A stretch of DNA of 64,000 bases from a virus (Duplodnaviria > Caudoviricetes), in IMG/VR virus record IMGVR_UViG_3300015608_002982, positions 25,286 to 89,285 of that record. One strand, 5' to 3'. The position numbers and the translations under genes were made by a program. The notes below the pieces were generated by a model that saw nothing but the letters and a program-made list of their open reading frames with translations, searched no databases and was not told where the DNA came from. Shown in pieces: positions 17,641 through 26,942 of the stretch (the first letter of the stretch is position 1; each line of letters begins with the position of its first letter).

Positions 17641-18475
17641 AATTAGGATATTTATTATTCCACTTTTCTATATCTTTAATTAATTCTTCTATAGAAATTG
17701 AGTTTTTAGTACCTTTAGATGAATTTTTTGTCTGTTGTATCAATTGACAATTAGCTGGGTGTGATATTATACTTGGATCTATTTTATTTTCAAATCCATA
17801 TTTAACTGATACTTTGTGGTCCCTACTCACCCCAATTGGATTATCACCATTATTTTTTGCTTTATACCACCCAAAGGACTCTATTAGAGTAAAATCAAAT
17901 TCTTCTTTGAAGTCATTTAAATTGAAATTAAATGAACACATTTCTCTATAGTCTTGATAATTTTTATCTATATCTTTTGTTTTAATTTTTCTTTTTCCAG
18001 AAATTAAACTATATTGATAAGCTTCTTTTAGGCTTCTAAATTTTATCTTACCTTCTTTCTGAGCTTTTAATATTTTTTGAGGTGTAATTTTAAATTCATT
18101 AATAATATCTTTATATGTTTTACCCGAATCATATTCATCTTGTAATTTACTCCAATTTATTGTCTCACTTTCTTTGTGTTTATAATTTGTTGAGACTTTT
18201 ATATTTAATCTATTCATTTTCTTTCTTACAGAATCAATTGATCTATTTAGTTCCTTTGAAATTTCAATTATATTTAATTTATCTTTTGTCATACTTATTA
18301 ATTTAACTTCCTCATCTTTTGTCCAAAATAAATTTCTACCATTATACTTATTCATTCTTTTTAATTTTTTGTATATTGATAGTTCACTTTTATTTAACTT
18401 TATTGACATTTCTTTTAGAGAAATATTTGAGTCATAGAGTAAAACTAAATTATTAACTTCTTCTTCTTTCCACAT
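17618..18475 (-). mobile_element. Free-standing HNH-like endonuclease with N-terminal Myb/SANT-like repeats
   Basis: WKEEEV / WTKDEE repeats; SRDHKVS...HPANCQLI...NSSK; start refined to ATG 18475. Confidence 0.65.
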
Positions 18476-18480
18476 ATAAG

Positions 18481-18489
18481 TATATATTA
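18481..18489 (-). promoter_or_regulatory. TAATATATA phage promoter motif
   Basis: 5 nt upstream of ATG 18475. Confidence 0.55.
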
Positions 18490-18505
18490 AAAATATACTC
18501 CTACA

Positions 18506-18537
18506 TTTGACCATTAGGACATTTTTAACTATTTTTG
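18506..18537 (+). promoter_or_regulatory. Bacteroidota housekeeping-sigma promoter
   Basis: TTTG 18506-18509, 20-nt spacer, TATTTTTG 18530-18537. Confidence 0.65.
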
Positions 18538-18555
18538 TAAAAAATAAAAAATAAT

Positions 18556-19152
18556 ATGGCAAAGGTTCATACCAATTTTCTAACTACAGATGAACTAAAA
18601 TCTGAATTTCGTGATTATAAGTTGAAGGTTTTAAGTGGTGAGATTAAATTTACACCTTTAAATTATCCTTTAGATAGTGTTTATTTATCCTCTAAAAAGC
18701 ATAAAGATTTACTTTACTTTATTTCAGACACATTTCCTAACGATATTGTTAGTGGCTCATTAGCTTTAAGCTTGTTTGGTCTTTTGCATAGACAAACAAA
18801 TGATATTGATATTATCATTGATGATAGAAATCGTTATGATAAGTATGATAAAGATGGATATGCTGATGATGAATTCTCAACACCTAATAGATTAGGTTAT
18901 AGAGAGTTCAAGTATAAAAAAGGTATTTTTACTTCTGAAAAAGAATACATTGTTGATTTCTTTGAGAATGTTGGTGCCTCTTTTATCACAATTGATTTTG
19001 GTAGTAGGAAAATCAAAGTTCATAATCCTTTAGAAATTATGGATTATAAATTAAATATGGCTATCAACTCTAAAGTTATTAGATCTACTTCTCGAAAACA
19101 TAATGAAGATTTGACTCAAATTTTTGGTCAAGCTCCTTGGCAAGTTAAATAG
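18556..19152 (+). CDS. Pol-beta-superfamily nucleotidyltransferase
   Basis: VSGSLAL...RQTNDIDIII (GS...DxD) and later VDFF. Confidence 0.7.
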   Translation: MAKVHTNFLTTDELKSEFRDYKLKVLSGEIKFTPLNYPLDSVYLSSKKHKDLLYFISDTFPNDIVSGSLALSLFGLLHRQTNDIDIIIDDRNRYDKYDKDGYADDEFSTPNRLGYREFKYKKGIFTSEKEYIVDFFENVGASFITIDFGSRKIKVHNPLEIMDYKLNMAINSKVIRSTSRKHNEDLTQIFGQAPWQVK

Positions 19153-19159
19153 TTTTTCT

Positions 19160-19167
19160 TATCTTTG
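19160..19167 (+). promoter_or_regulatory. Bacteroidota -7 element TAnnTTTG
   Basis: TATCTTTG 4 nt before ATG 19172. Confidence 0.6.
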
Positions 19168-19171
19168 TGTT

Positions 19172-19807
19172 ATGGCAAAGTACCTCAACTATCGTTATAT
19201 TTTTCCTCCAAGACCTAAGAACGCAATTCCCGATACGGAATTAAACTTCTGGGATAATGGTTCGTTGATTGCTCAACCAAAACTTAATGGTTCAAATTGT
19301 GTTATCTTTACAAATGGTGTAAAGACAATTGTTATGAATCGTCATAATCAAAAACTTACTAATTTCAATATATCTGATAATGAAATCAAAGACATTTATC
19401 GTGGAAATGGTTGGATGATTTTGAATGGTGAGTATATGAATAAGTCTAAATCGGACGAAAACTCTCAAGTATTTAATCATAAGTTTGTAATCTTTGATAT
19501 TCTTGCCTTTGATGGTGAATATCTTGTTGGTAAAACATTTGAAGAAAGAATTAAACTACTTGATGAATTATATGGTCAAGTAGATTCTGAAAAAGAATAC
19601 CTTTTCAAAGTAACTGAAAATGTTTATCGTGTAAAATCTTATTTAGCAAATTTCAAAAATATTTTTGATAGACTAACTCCAATTGATATGATTGAGGGTT
19701 TAGTTATGAAACGTAAGAACGCACGTTTAGAATTGGGTACTTCTGAGAATAATAATACTAAAAGTCAGTTGAAATGTCGTAAGGCAACCAAAAACTACAA
19801 GTATTAA
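19172..19807 (+). CDS. ATP-dependent polynucleotide ligase, adenylation domain only
   Basis: Motif I QPKLNG, III LNGEY, IIIa FVIFDIL, IV EGLVMK; no OB-fold; start refined to ATG 19172. Confidence 0.8.
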   Translation: MAKYLNYRYIFPPRPKNAIPDTELNFWDNGSLIAQPKLNGSNCVIFTNGVKTIVMNRHNQKLTNFNISDNEIKDIYRGNGWMILNGEYMNKSKSDENSQVFNHKFVIFDILAFDGEYLVGKTFEERIKLLDELYGQVDSEKEYLFKVTENVYRVKSYLANFKNIFDRLTPIDMIEGLVMKRKNARLELGTSENNNTKSQLKCRKATKNYKY

Positions 19808-19809
19808 TT

Positions 19810-19818
19810 TAATATATA
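19810..19818 (+). promoter_or_regulatory. TAATATATA phage promoter motif
   Basis: 20 nt upstream of GTG 19839. Confidence 0.5.
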
Positions 19819-19838
19819 AGAAAAACAATTAAATTAAC

Positions 19839-20408
19839 GTGGATAAGTTCTCAAAATTAAAACCGAAATCAGAGTTTGAACAAGATAAAGAAAAAGTACT
19901 TTACCAAGACAATCATTTTCAAATAGTTCAGTTTGAGGACTGGTCAATTCTAAAAGAAAGAGACGCTGTTGTTTGTATTCCTTATTTGATTGAAACTAAT
20001 CAAGTAGTTTTAAGATATGAATATATTCCTACGTTTAAGTATGCTGATGGTCAAGAATATCATCTAACTTTAGTTTGTGGTGGTATTGAACAGGGTGAAA
20101 CCGTTGAGAAGGCTTTGAGAAGAGAGCTTGAAGAAGAAGCGGGTATTGTTTTAAGAGAAGACTTTCAATTTGAAGAAGTTTTAAAGCCACTTTTTATTAA
20201 TAAAGCATCGGCTAATAAATATTATCCTTATATCTTACCTCTTAATGAAAGAGACTATCACGAGGTAGTTGCTAAAGGTGACGGTTCTAAAGAAGAGCAA
20301 ATGTCTAAATCTGTTAAGGTTGATGCTAAATATATTAGCTCGTTAAATGCTTCCGATTTGATAACAGACTATATGTTGTTAAAGTTGAAAGAGTATTTGA
20401 ATGCTTAA
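19839..20408 (+). CDS. NUDIX hydrolase (ADP-ribose pyrophosphatase-like)
   Basis: GGIEQGETVEKALRRELEEEAG Nudix box. Confidence 0.85.
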   Translation: MDKFSKLKPKSEFEQDKEKVLYQDNHFQIVQFEDWSILKERDAVVCIPYLIETNQVVLRYEYIPTFKYADGQEYHLTLVCGGIEQGETVEKALRRELEEEAGIVLREDFQFEEVLKPLFINKASANKYYPYILPLNERDYHEVVAKGDGSKEEQMSKSVKVDAKYISSLNASDLITDYMLLKLKEYLNA

Positions 20409-21742
20409 TTTTTTAAGTATCTTTCTAAATCTCCTTTTATTTCTCTATTAAGTGCTTTTGAATCTACATCACCGTAGTCTGAGAAATTTGGATCCATTCT
20501 ATAAGTGAAGTATTGTTCTCCACACCATTGTTTGAATATATCAACTAAGCTATTACCTTTTAATCTTTCAGCATCTTCATTATCTATCCAATCATTGTTG
20601 TAAGGAATAGTATAAAATGTATCAATATCTTGATACTCTTTTCTTGTTTGAGTACCGTCAGCATTTTTTTGAGTGTAGTATTTAGTAACCTCTCTCTTTT
20701 CCTTTGTGAATGTAAATTCTTTTTCAACGATTTCATCAAATTCATCAAGAATTGATTGATAGTTTGCATCAACGTGAGCATTCATTTCCCAATCACCAAT
20801 AGTTTGTTTAACCTCTTGACAGATTTCAGAATCTTTACACATTGATTTTAAAGTTTCATAGAATCTCTCTTTTAGTAAAAACTCAATAGCTTCTTCTTCA
20901 GACATACCGGCTATGTTATCATTCTCAATTTGCTCTAAGCCACCCATTTCTTTAATCATAGCTTTAACTAATAATTGAGCATTCTCTTTATCTAATGTAT
21001 ATTGAAACATTGATACAGTATCTGGTTGATAGTCAGATCCGTAATAGTTATCATACATATTTTCTTCACCTTTTACTAAAATATCTTTATAACTGGAATC
21101 TCTTGATAACATAATATCAGACATATCTTCTATATCTAATTCGACATAAACTTTGTCTTCTTTTATAATAGCATCTGACCAATTGTAATATTCAACAAGA
21201 TCTTTTTCTTTGAATGTAACTGTTTCTTTACATTTAGCAAAAATAGCAATATAATCACCATTTGCTTCTAATAATTCAGGTTCTGATGAATTCCAATTAT
21301 CTGTATAGAAAAAACCACCTTTAATTTCTATTTCATCTACATCTCCAAGATTACCATCTTGGTCATGTATTGATATTTCTACATTAGCTTCTTCTTGTAT
21401 AATTGAACAAGCAAATTGAAATGTAGAAGTAACATCAGTGTCTTTAATCTTACGACCGTATGCTTTGTGAATAGATATCCAGTAGGCAGGTATAACCTCA
21501 TCACCTGATTTAACCTTTTCCGTAAAAACATCTTTTTCGGTTTCTACCCATTCACCATTCTTATAAGCACCTTTTTTAACTTTTTCTGAAAAGCCGAATT
21601 CTACTGAAACATAATATCCAGCATCTGTTATCTCTAACATATATTCTTCAATATCTTGTTCAGTGAGTTTCCATAACTTACCTTCCTCAATATCTTCTTT
21701 GAGTGATTCTTTAATAAAGTGGATATACCTTTTAAGTTTCAT
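20405..21742 (-). CDS. Putative virion internal protein (CTS-like N-terminus)
   Basis: MKLKRYIHFIKE; TTATATATA at 21748-21756; very acidic. Confidence 0.6.
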   Translation of the reverse strand: MKLKRYIHFIKESLKEDIEEGKLWKLTEQDIEEYMLEITDAGYYVSVEFGFSEKVKKGAYKNGEWVETEKDVFTEKVKSGDEVIPAYWISIHKAYGRKIKDTDVTSTFQFACSIIQEEANVEISIHDQDGNLGDVDEIEIKGGFFYTDNWNSSEPELLEANGDYIAIFAKCKETVTFKEKDLVEYYNWSDAIIKEDKVYVELDIEDMSDIMLSRDSSYKDILVKGEENMYDNYYGSDYQPDTVSMFQYTLDKENAQLLVKAMIKEMGGLEQIENDNIAGMSEEEAIEFLLKERFYETLKSMCKDSEICQEVKQTIGDWEMNAHVDANYQSILDEFDEIVEKEFTFTKEKREVTKYYTQKNADGTQTRKEYQDIDTFYTIPYNNDWIDNEDAERLKGNSLVDIFKQWCGEQYFTYRMDPNFSDYGDVDSKALNREIKGDLERYLKN

Positions 21743-21754
21743 TAGTGTATATAT

Positions 21755-21783
21755 AAAAAAAGAGAGACCATTTTAGTCTCTCT
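21755..21783 (-). terminator. Intrinsic terminator downstream of the SHOCT gene
   Basis: AGAGAGAC/GTCTCTCT 8-bp stem followed by a T-run on the minus strand. Confidence 0.65.
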
Positions 21784-21806
21784 TCTTAGCTGTTCGTTTA
21801 TTTGTT

Positions 21807-22766
21807 TTAGATTTTAGATAGTAGTTCTGCTTTCTTTTCTGAGAACTCTTCATCTGTTAAGATACCAGCTGAATGTAAGTCTGCTAATTTTTTAATTAGT
21901 TCGATTACATCTTCTGCTTCTTTCTTAAACTTAATTTCACCAGTTTTTTTATTGAATACTTCTTTTACTTCTGCTGGTTTTCTACTTTCTGGTAAGATTT
22001 GAATAATAGTAGAAGCAATATAATGTTTCTCAAAATCCATATCTACTTCAGTAAATTTTTGTTTTGATACTTCACCTTTTTCAACTCTACCTGTTTCAAT
22101 CGAATTGATAGGTGTCATATTACTTGAAAGTGATCCACCAATGTTTAGATTTGATAAATCAACACTACTACTGTAACTACAATTTACAGCATTATTACTT
22201 GAGTAATAAGCATTTGTAGTTGTTGTTCCACCGATTAATCCAGAACCATTTGTAGTTACACAATTACCACCAATTGTAGGTGATGATGTACCAAACCAAA
22301 CACTTGGTCTATAGTAAGGATAAACAGGGTAAGTTGGGTAATAAACAGGATACCACTTTTCAACAATTACTCTATCGAATTTAGACTTCCAGTTATCTAA
22401 AGTGATAACATCTTCTTTATAAAAGAAAACTTCTAAAAGACCATTGTTCTGAGTAGCATCTAATGATTCGCCAGAGTTTTCAATTTCGTAAGTTGAAAAT
22501 TTGAATTTTTTTCTATCATCAATAAAGCAGTCTAAATAAACCCTTTGTCCTGGTTTTACTACTAATCCTGTTTTTGAGATTGATTGACCGTTTAATTTAA
22601 TATCAGCGAGAACTGAAACGGTTAGTGGGTTGAATAATTCGATTTCGAATTCGTCTCCATCATTTAAGAAGACTTTCCCATTTTTAATTGATTTTCTCCC
22701 TCTGTCGTTAGGAGATACAATCCAAGCATTTGGCTTGGAATTGCTACTTGCAATTTGTTTTGCCAT
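21807..22766 (-). CDS. Hypothetical protein with C-terminal SHOCT domain
   Basis: Ends LIKKLADLHSAGILTDEEFSEKKAELLSKI; N-terminal beta-rich domain; low-complexity P/Y/S/T linker. Confidence 0.7.
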   Translation of the reverse strand: MAKQIASSNSKPNAWIVSPNDRGRKSIKNGKVFLNDGDEFEIELFNPLTVSVLADIKLNGQSISKTGLVVKPGQRVYLDCFIDDRKKFKFSTYEIENSGESLDATQNNGLLEVFFYKEDVITLDNWKSKFDRVIVEKWYPVYYPTYPVYPYYRPSVWFGTSSPTIGGNCVTTNGSGLIGGTTTTNAYYSSNNAVNCSYSSSVDLSNLNIGGSLSSNMTPINSIETGRVEKGEVSKQKFTEVDMDFEKHYIASTIIQILPESRKPAEVKEVFNKKTGEIKFKKEAEDVIELIKKLADLHSAGILTDEEFSEKKAELLSKI

Positions 22767-22862
22767 AGTTATTCTTTTTTATTTTATCCTATATCTTTGA
22801 TTCATTTCTAAATCTCAATGGCATCCTATTGATACCCGACATAAGTGTAGCGAACAGCTAAA

Positions 22863-22880
22863 TTATATATTGAAAAGTTT
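22863..22880 (-). repeat. 18-bp direct repeat AAACTTTTCAATATATAA (second copy 23423-23440); promoter variant
   Basis: Identical sequence upstream of two consecutive minus-strand genes. Confidence 0.6.
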
Positions 22881-23419
22881 TACGCCTGTTTTAAATTTGT
22901 TCCACAGTTTGGACAGAATTTAAATCCTTTGTTTTCGGTTCCACAGTTAAAACAGAATTTGAAATTGTTATTGACTACAATATTTTTCTCAACTACTTCT
23001 GTTTTTTTCATGTGTATTATATTTTTATTTAAGTATATTTTATTGGCTCTTCCTAATATGTCAATTACTGGGTTTCTATGAACTTCAAATGTCCAAGGAC
23101 TTCTAATCCATCTTGTAAATACTTTGGTCTTTTTTTCCATCTCGTCTTTATCGTCTGCTTGAATTATAGAAACGATTTCCTTGATATTTTTACTTTCTAA
23201 TAATCCATCTTTTTCGGTTAGAACTTCAAACACTTTACCCATTGTTTGATATATTTCTTTGGCATTTGGTTTATTACTATCAGACATCAATATTAGGTCT
23301 AAGAACCAGATATTTGAATCTTCTGCCGTTTCAGTCATTAATATCTTATAAGCCACTCCTGATTCAGATCTGAGTGTTATTTGATTCCATTCTAATTCTC
23401 TTTCTATTGAATATGACAT
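22880..23419 (-). CDS. Hypothetical protein with C-terminal double zinc ribbon
   Basis: FCFNCG...FCPNCG. Confidence 0.7.
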   Translation of the reverse strand: MSYSIERELEWNQITLRSESGVAYKILMTETAEDSNIWFLDLILMSDSNKPNAKEIYQTMGKVFEVLTEKDGLLESKNIKEIVSIIQADDKDEMEKKTKVFTRWIRSPWTFEVHRNPVIDILGRANKIYLNKNIIHMKKTEVVEKNIVVNNNFKFCFNCGTENKGFKFCPNCGTNLKQA

Positions 23420-23437
23420 AATTTATATATTGAAAAG

Positions 23438-23469
23438 TTTGTTTTTTGTTAAAAAATGTCTTATATTTG
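23438..23469 (+). promoter_or_regulatory. Bacteroidota housekeeping-sigma promoter
   Basis: TTTG 23438-23441, 20-nt spacer, TATATTTG 23462-23469. Confidence 0.75.
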
Positions 23470-23494
23470 TGTATTATAAATAAATTATACCAAA

Positions 23495-24700
23495 GTGGAT
23501 AGACAAGAAAACCTTATTTTAGAAACCTTTTTACGATTAACAAGTCGTACATATCCTTATGGTACTGAGGATGATTTGGTGCAGTCTATGATTGAGCAAG
23601 GTGTTTTTCCATCTGATTTGCAGAAGGATGAACATGGAAACTATTTTTATAAAATTGGAAACTCAAGAACTATATTCGCCTCTCACTTAGATACTGTTAG
23701 CAAAGAATCAACGGAAGTTATACATACCTTTGAAGATTATATTATTGGTACAGATGGAAAGACTACATTAGGCGCAGATGATAAAGCCGGTGTTACTGTA
23801 CTTCTTCATTTAATGAAACATAATGTTCCAGGTCTTTATTATTTTTTCATTGGTGAAGAGGTTGGATGTATTGGTTCTGGCTTAGCATCTTCTAAGTCTA
23901 TTTCTCAATTCAAAGGAAAATATGACAGGATTATTTCTTTTGACCGCAGAGGTACAGACTCTGTTATTACTTACCAATCATCAACAAGATGTTGTTCAGA
24001 TGAATTTGCTGATTCTTTGGCAAAACAATTGAATATTTCTGGAATGTCTTACAAAAAAGACGACGGTGGTGTTTATACAGACTCTGCTGAATTTACTGAT
24101 ATTATTCCTGAATGTACTAACATTTCTGTTGGTTATTATAAAGAACACACTGTAAATGAAATTCAAGATATTAAACATCTTGAGTTATTGTCAAATGCTT
24201 GTCTTTTAGTTGATTGGGAAAATCTTCCAACTAAGAGAGATATGACTAAAAAAGAATACAAGGCTTACAAATCTTGGGGTAGCTCATACGGTAACTATGG
24301 AAACTACGGTGGTTCATACACTGGTAGAAACTGGAGAAGTAGAGACTATGGATATCATGACGATTGGTATGACCAGTCAACTGTTTCAAATTTCAAAACT
24401 AATGATGGTTTAGAAGATTGGGAAGTTGAATACAGTAAGTATAAAAAATCTCGTAGAAGTAACAAGAAAAAGGGTAGAGAGTTTTTTGATGCTGGAGGTG
24501 GTAATTTAGTTCCGTTCAAGAACTCTAGTAAAGTTACTATTAATCATGATAGAAACTATTATGATAGTCTTATTGATAAAATTGTTAAAGAAGATTTAAC
24601 AAGAGAAGAATTAGAGATTATAAAAGACCAGTATCTTGATATGAGTACAGAAAGTGATAGAGCTTTCTATCAGTACCTATTGGGAAATATTATCGACTAA
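23495..24700 (+). CDS. M20/M28-family metallopeptidase with low-complexity C-terminal tail
   Basis: SHLDTV, LGADDKAG, GEEVG, SFDRRG, YTDSAEF, SVGYYKEH. Confidence 0.85.
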   Translation: MDRQENLILETFLRLTSRTYPYGTEDDLVQSMIEQGVFPSDLQKDEHGNYFYKIGNSRTIFASHLDTVSKESTEVIHTFEDYIIGTDGKTTLGADDKAGVTVLLHLMKHNVPGLYYFFIGEEVGCIGSGLASSKSISQFKGKYDRIISFDRRGTDSVITYQSSTRCCSDEFADSLAKQLNISGMSYKKDDGGVYTDSAEFTDIIPECTNISVGYYKEHTVNEIQDIKHLELLSNACLLVDWENLPTKRDMTKKEYKAYKSWGSSYGNYGNYGGSYTGRNWRSRDYGYHDDWYDQSTVSNFKTNDGLEDWEVEYSKYKKSRRSNKKKGREFFDAGGGNLVPFKNSSKVTINHDRNYYDSLIDKIVKEDLTREELEIIKDQYLDMSTESDRAFYQYLLGNIID

Positions 24701-25922
24701 AATCAATAATATCTGAGGATTTTATGATTTCATCAGGAGCATTAAAAATTTTAGAATTTGGTACATTATGACTAACTTTGTAACTCCTTCCAATCTTATC
24801 TATTATTACAACTTCACATATCATATCATTATACCAATATTCTATAAGAACTCTATCTCCTATTTTATAAAACTCGTTTCTCTCAATTAAATATTTTAAC
24901 TTTTCATTTTCATTTTTCTCTTCTATGACTTTCATATGTGAAGTAAATTCTTTTAATAAGCCCAAATAGTGTAATTTATTATAAATATTTTTTTGTTCTT
25001 TAATAAACTTTGAATAATCATTATACTTTAGACAGATATTTTTGATTTTATCAATATCAAATAGATTTTTAAAAACATTTTCTTTTTTTATTTTAAATTT
25101 GTCTATATCTTCTTTTGTAATTTTTGTATTTAAGTAAAAATTCATATCATCAAGGCTTTGTTTAATTTGATTTTTTATATTAATAATATATGATTCGAAT
25201 CCCCTTCTTGTTAAATTTGTTTCTCTTATTGTTATTAATTTTATATTTTTAGCTTTACAAATATTATCCTTTATAGATGATATATCATGATAGTATGAAC
25301 CATCATACTCAATTCCCATATTATAATTTTTAAAATAAATATCAATTTCATATGGTCTAATTGCTTCTCTGTCATTATAATTAAAGTCTCTATTGAATAT
25401 TTTAACAATTTCTGATAATATCAACTGGGGTGTGCTATAAGATATATTCATCATATGTTTGCTAACATCCTTGATTTTACCATTTTTATATAACCAAGCA
25501 TATAGATTGGGATCAGCTAATCTTAATTCCGATTTTGTTATATACTTTAAACATTCCTTTTCAATATATTCTTTATTATATTTTCTATCTCTTTTAATAT
25601 CTAACCTACCAAACATAGATACAATCGAATCTATACTTCTATTTAGTGATACTGAAAGTTCTTTATTATCTAAAGTATTTATATTATCTACTAAAAAGTT
25701 AATATCATCTTTAGTCCATGTTTTTTCTTTCCATCTTTTATTAATTACTCTATCTTTATTTATTTGACTGATATAATCACTATTTTTTTTAAGATTTAAT
25801 TTCAATGACTTAGAATTAATTGATAATAGGCTTTTATTCAAATAATTAGATATTTCTTTATTTGACATCTTACTGTGGTTTTTTATTAAAAAATCAACTT
25901 CTTCTTTTGTCCATTTATTCAT
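24690..25922 (-). mobile_element. Free-standing PD-(D/E)XK endonuclease with Myb/SANT-like repeats and an extra C-terminal SH3-like module
   Basis: KWTKEEV / TWTKDDI repeats; YEIDIY...GIEYDGSYYH; tail YKIGDRVLIEYWYN. Confidence 0.7.
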
Positions 25923-25937
25923 TTTTTCTTATATTTG
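25906..25937 (+). promoter_or_regulatory. Bacteroidota housekeeping-sigma promoter
   Basis: TTTG 25906-25909, 20-nt spacer, TATATTTG 25930-25937. Confidence 0.7.
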
Positions 25938-25948
25938 TATTTATATAC

Positions 25949-25957
25949 TATATATTA
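25949..25957 (-). promoter_or_regulatory. TAATATATA phage promoter motif
   Basis: About 26 nt upstream of ATG 25922, overlapping the divergent host-type promoter region. Confidence 0.5.
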
Positions 25958-25961
25958 AAAT

Positions 25962-26909
25962 ATGTCAATGCTTATTTTCAATGATGATATGATTAACTTT
26001 TTGAACTTTGCTCAAAAAGAATCAATTATTGCAGCACTTCTACTTCAAGGCAATGAGTCACATCTTTTAGATGAAGGTAACTATATTAAGATAGAGCCAA
26101 CCGAAGTTGATGTTATATCTTTTTTACCTAAATCCAAGTATGATAAAGTAGAAAATCCCTGGGAGAATGGTCGTGTTAAAATTAAAATAGGAAGATTTGT
26201 TAAAAAGTTTTTAACTGAGTTTTCAGTTAAAAATTTCAGTGTAGATGATAAACTAATTGAGAAGTTTGTAAATATCTATAAGTCTTACTTTTCAAGAGAC
26301 ACATCTAAACTAAAAATTGTTGAGGGTGATGATATTCTAAAATACTACTTAGAGTATAACTATCATACTTCTAATGGTAATAGAAATGGTTCACTTTGGA
26401 ACTCTTGTATGAGACAGAGTGAGAGAAATAAGTTTATGAGACTTTATTCAGAAAATCCTGATAAAGTTAAAATGCTTGTTTTCTTTTCAGATGAAGGTAA
26501 AGTTAGAGCAAGAGCACTACTTTGGTATGGTGTCAAGGATCACAAAAATCCTGATGCTGAGTATAAGTTTATGGATAGAATTTATTTCTACTATGATCAT
26601 GATGTTAACTTTTTTAAGGATTGGGCTAAAGAAAATGGTTACTTAACTAAGATGGAACAAAGTGCAAAAAGTCAAATTTACTTTATTGAGAATGGAGTTG
26701 TTGTCGCTAAGAACCTTTATGTAATTTTAGATAAGGTTGATTTTTCTTACTACCCTTATTTAGATACTTTTAAGTTTTTTAACTATAATAGATCAAGATT
26801 TTCTAATTCTGACTCTTACAACTTTGACTATATTTTGGTTCAAAGTAATGGAATGACAGAAAGAGAACCTGAGCCAGAACCAGAAGAGTTCTATGATGAA
26901 GAAGATTAA
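25962..26909 (+). CDS. Conserved phage protein (SCM / ARALLW / MDRIY family, possibly PcfJ/GNAT-like); paralogue of 50837..52348
   Basis: NSCMR, LYSENPDKV, ARALLW, FMDRIY, YPYLDT motifs shared with 50837..52348. Confidence 0.55.
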   Translation: MSMLIFNDDMINFLNFAQKESIIAALLLQGNESHLLDEGNYIKIEPTEVDVISFLPKSKYDKVENPWENGRVKIKIGRFVKKFLTEFSVKNFSVDDKLIEKFVNIYKSYFSRDTSKLKIVEGDDILKYYLEYNYHTSNGNRNGSLWNSCMRQSERNKFMRLYSENPDKVKMLVFFSDEGKVRARALLWYGVKDHKNPDAEYKFMDRIYFYYDHDVNFFKDWAKENGYLTKMEQSAKSQIYFIENGVVVAKNLYVILDKVDFSYYPYLDTFKFFNYNRSRFSNSDSYNFDYILVQSNGMTEREPEPEPEEFYDEED

Positions 26910-26912
26910 ATA

Positions 26913-26940
26913 AAAAAACCCACTTAATTGTGGGTTTTTT
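26913..26940. terminator. Bidirectional intrinsic terminator
   Basis: AAAAAACCCAC-TTAATT-GTGGGTTTTTT between convergent genes. Confidence 0.8.
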
Positions 26941-26942
26941 AT

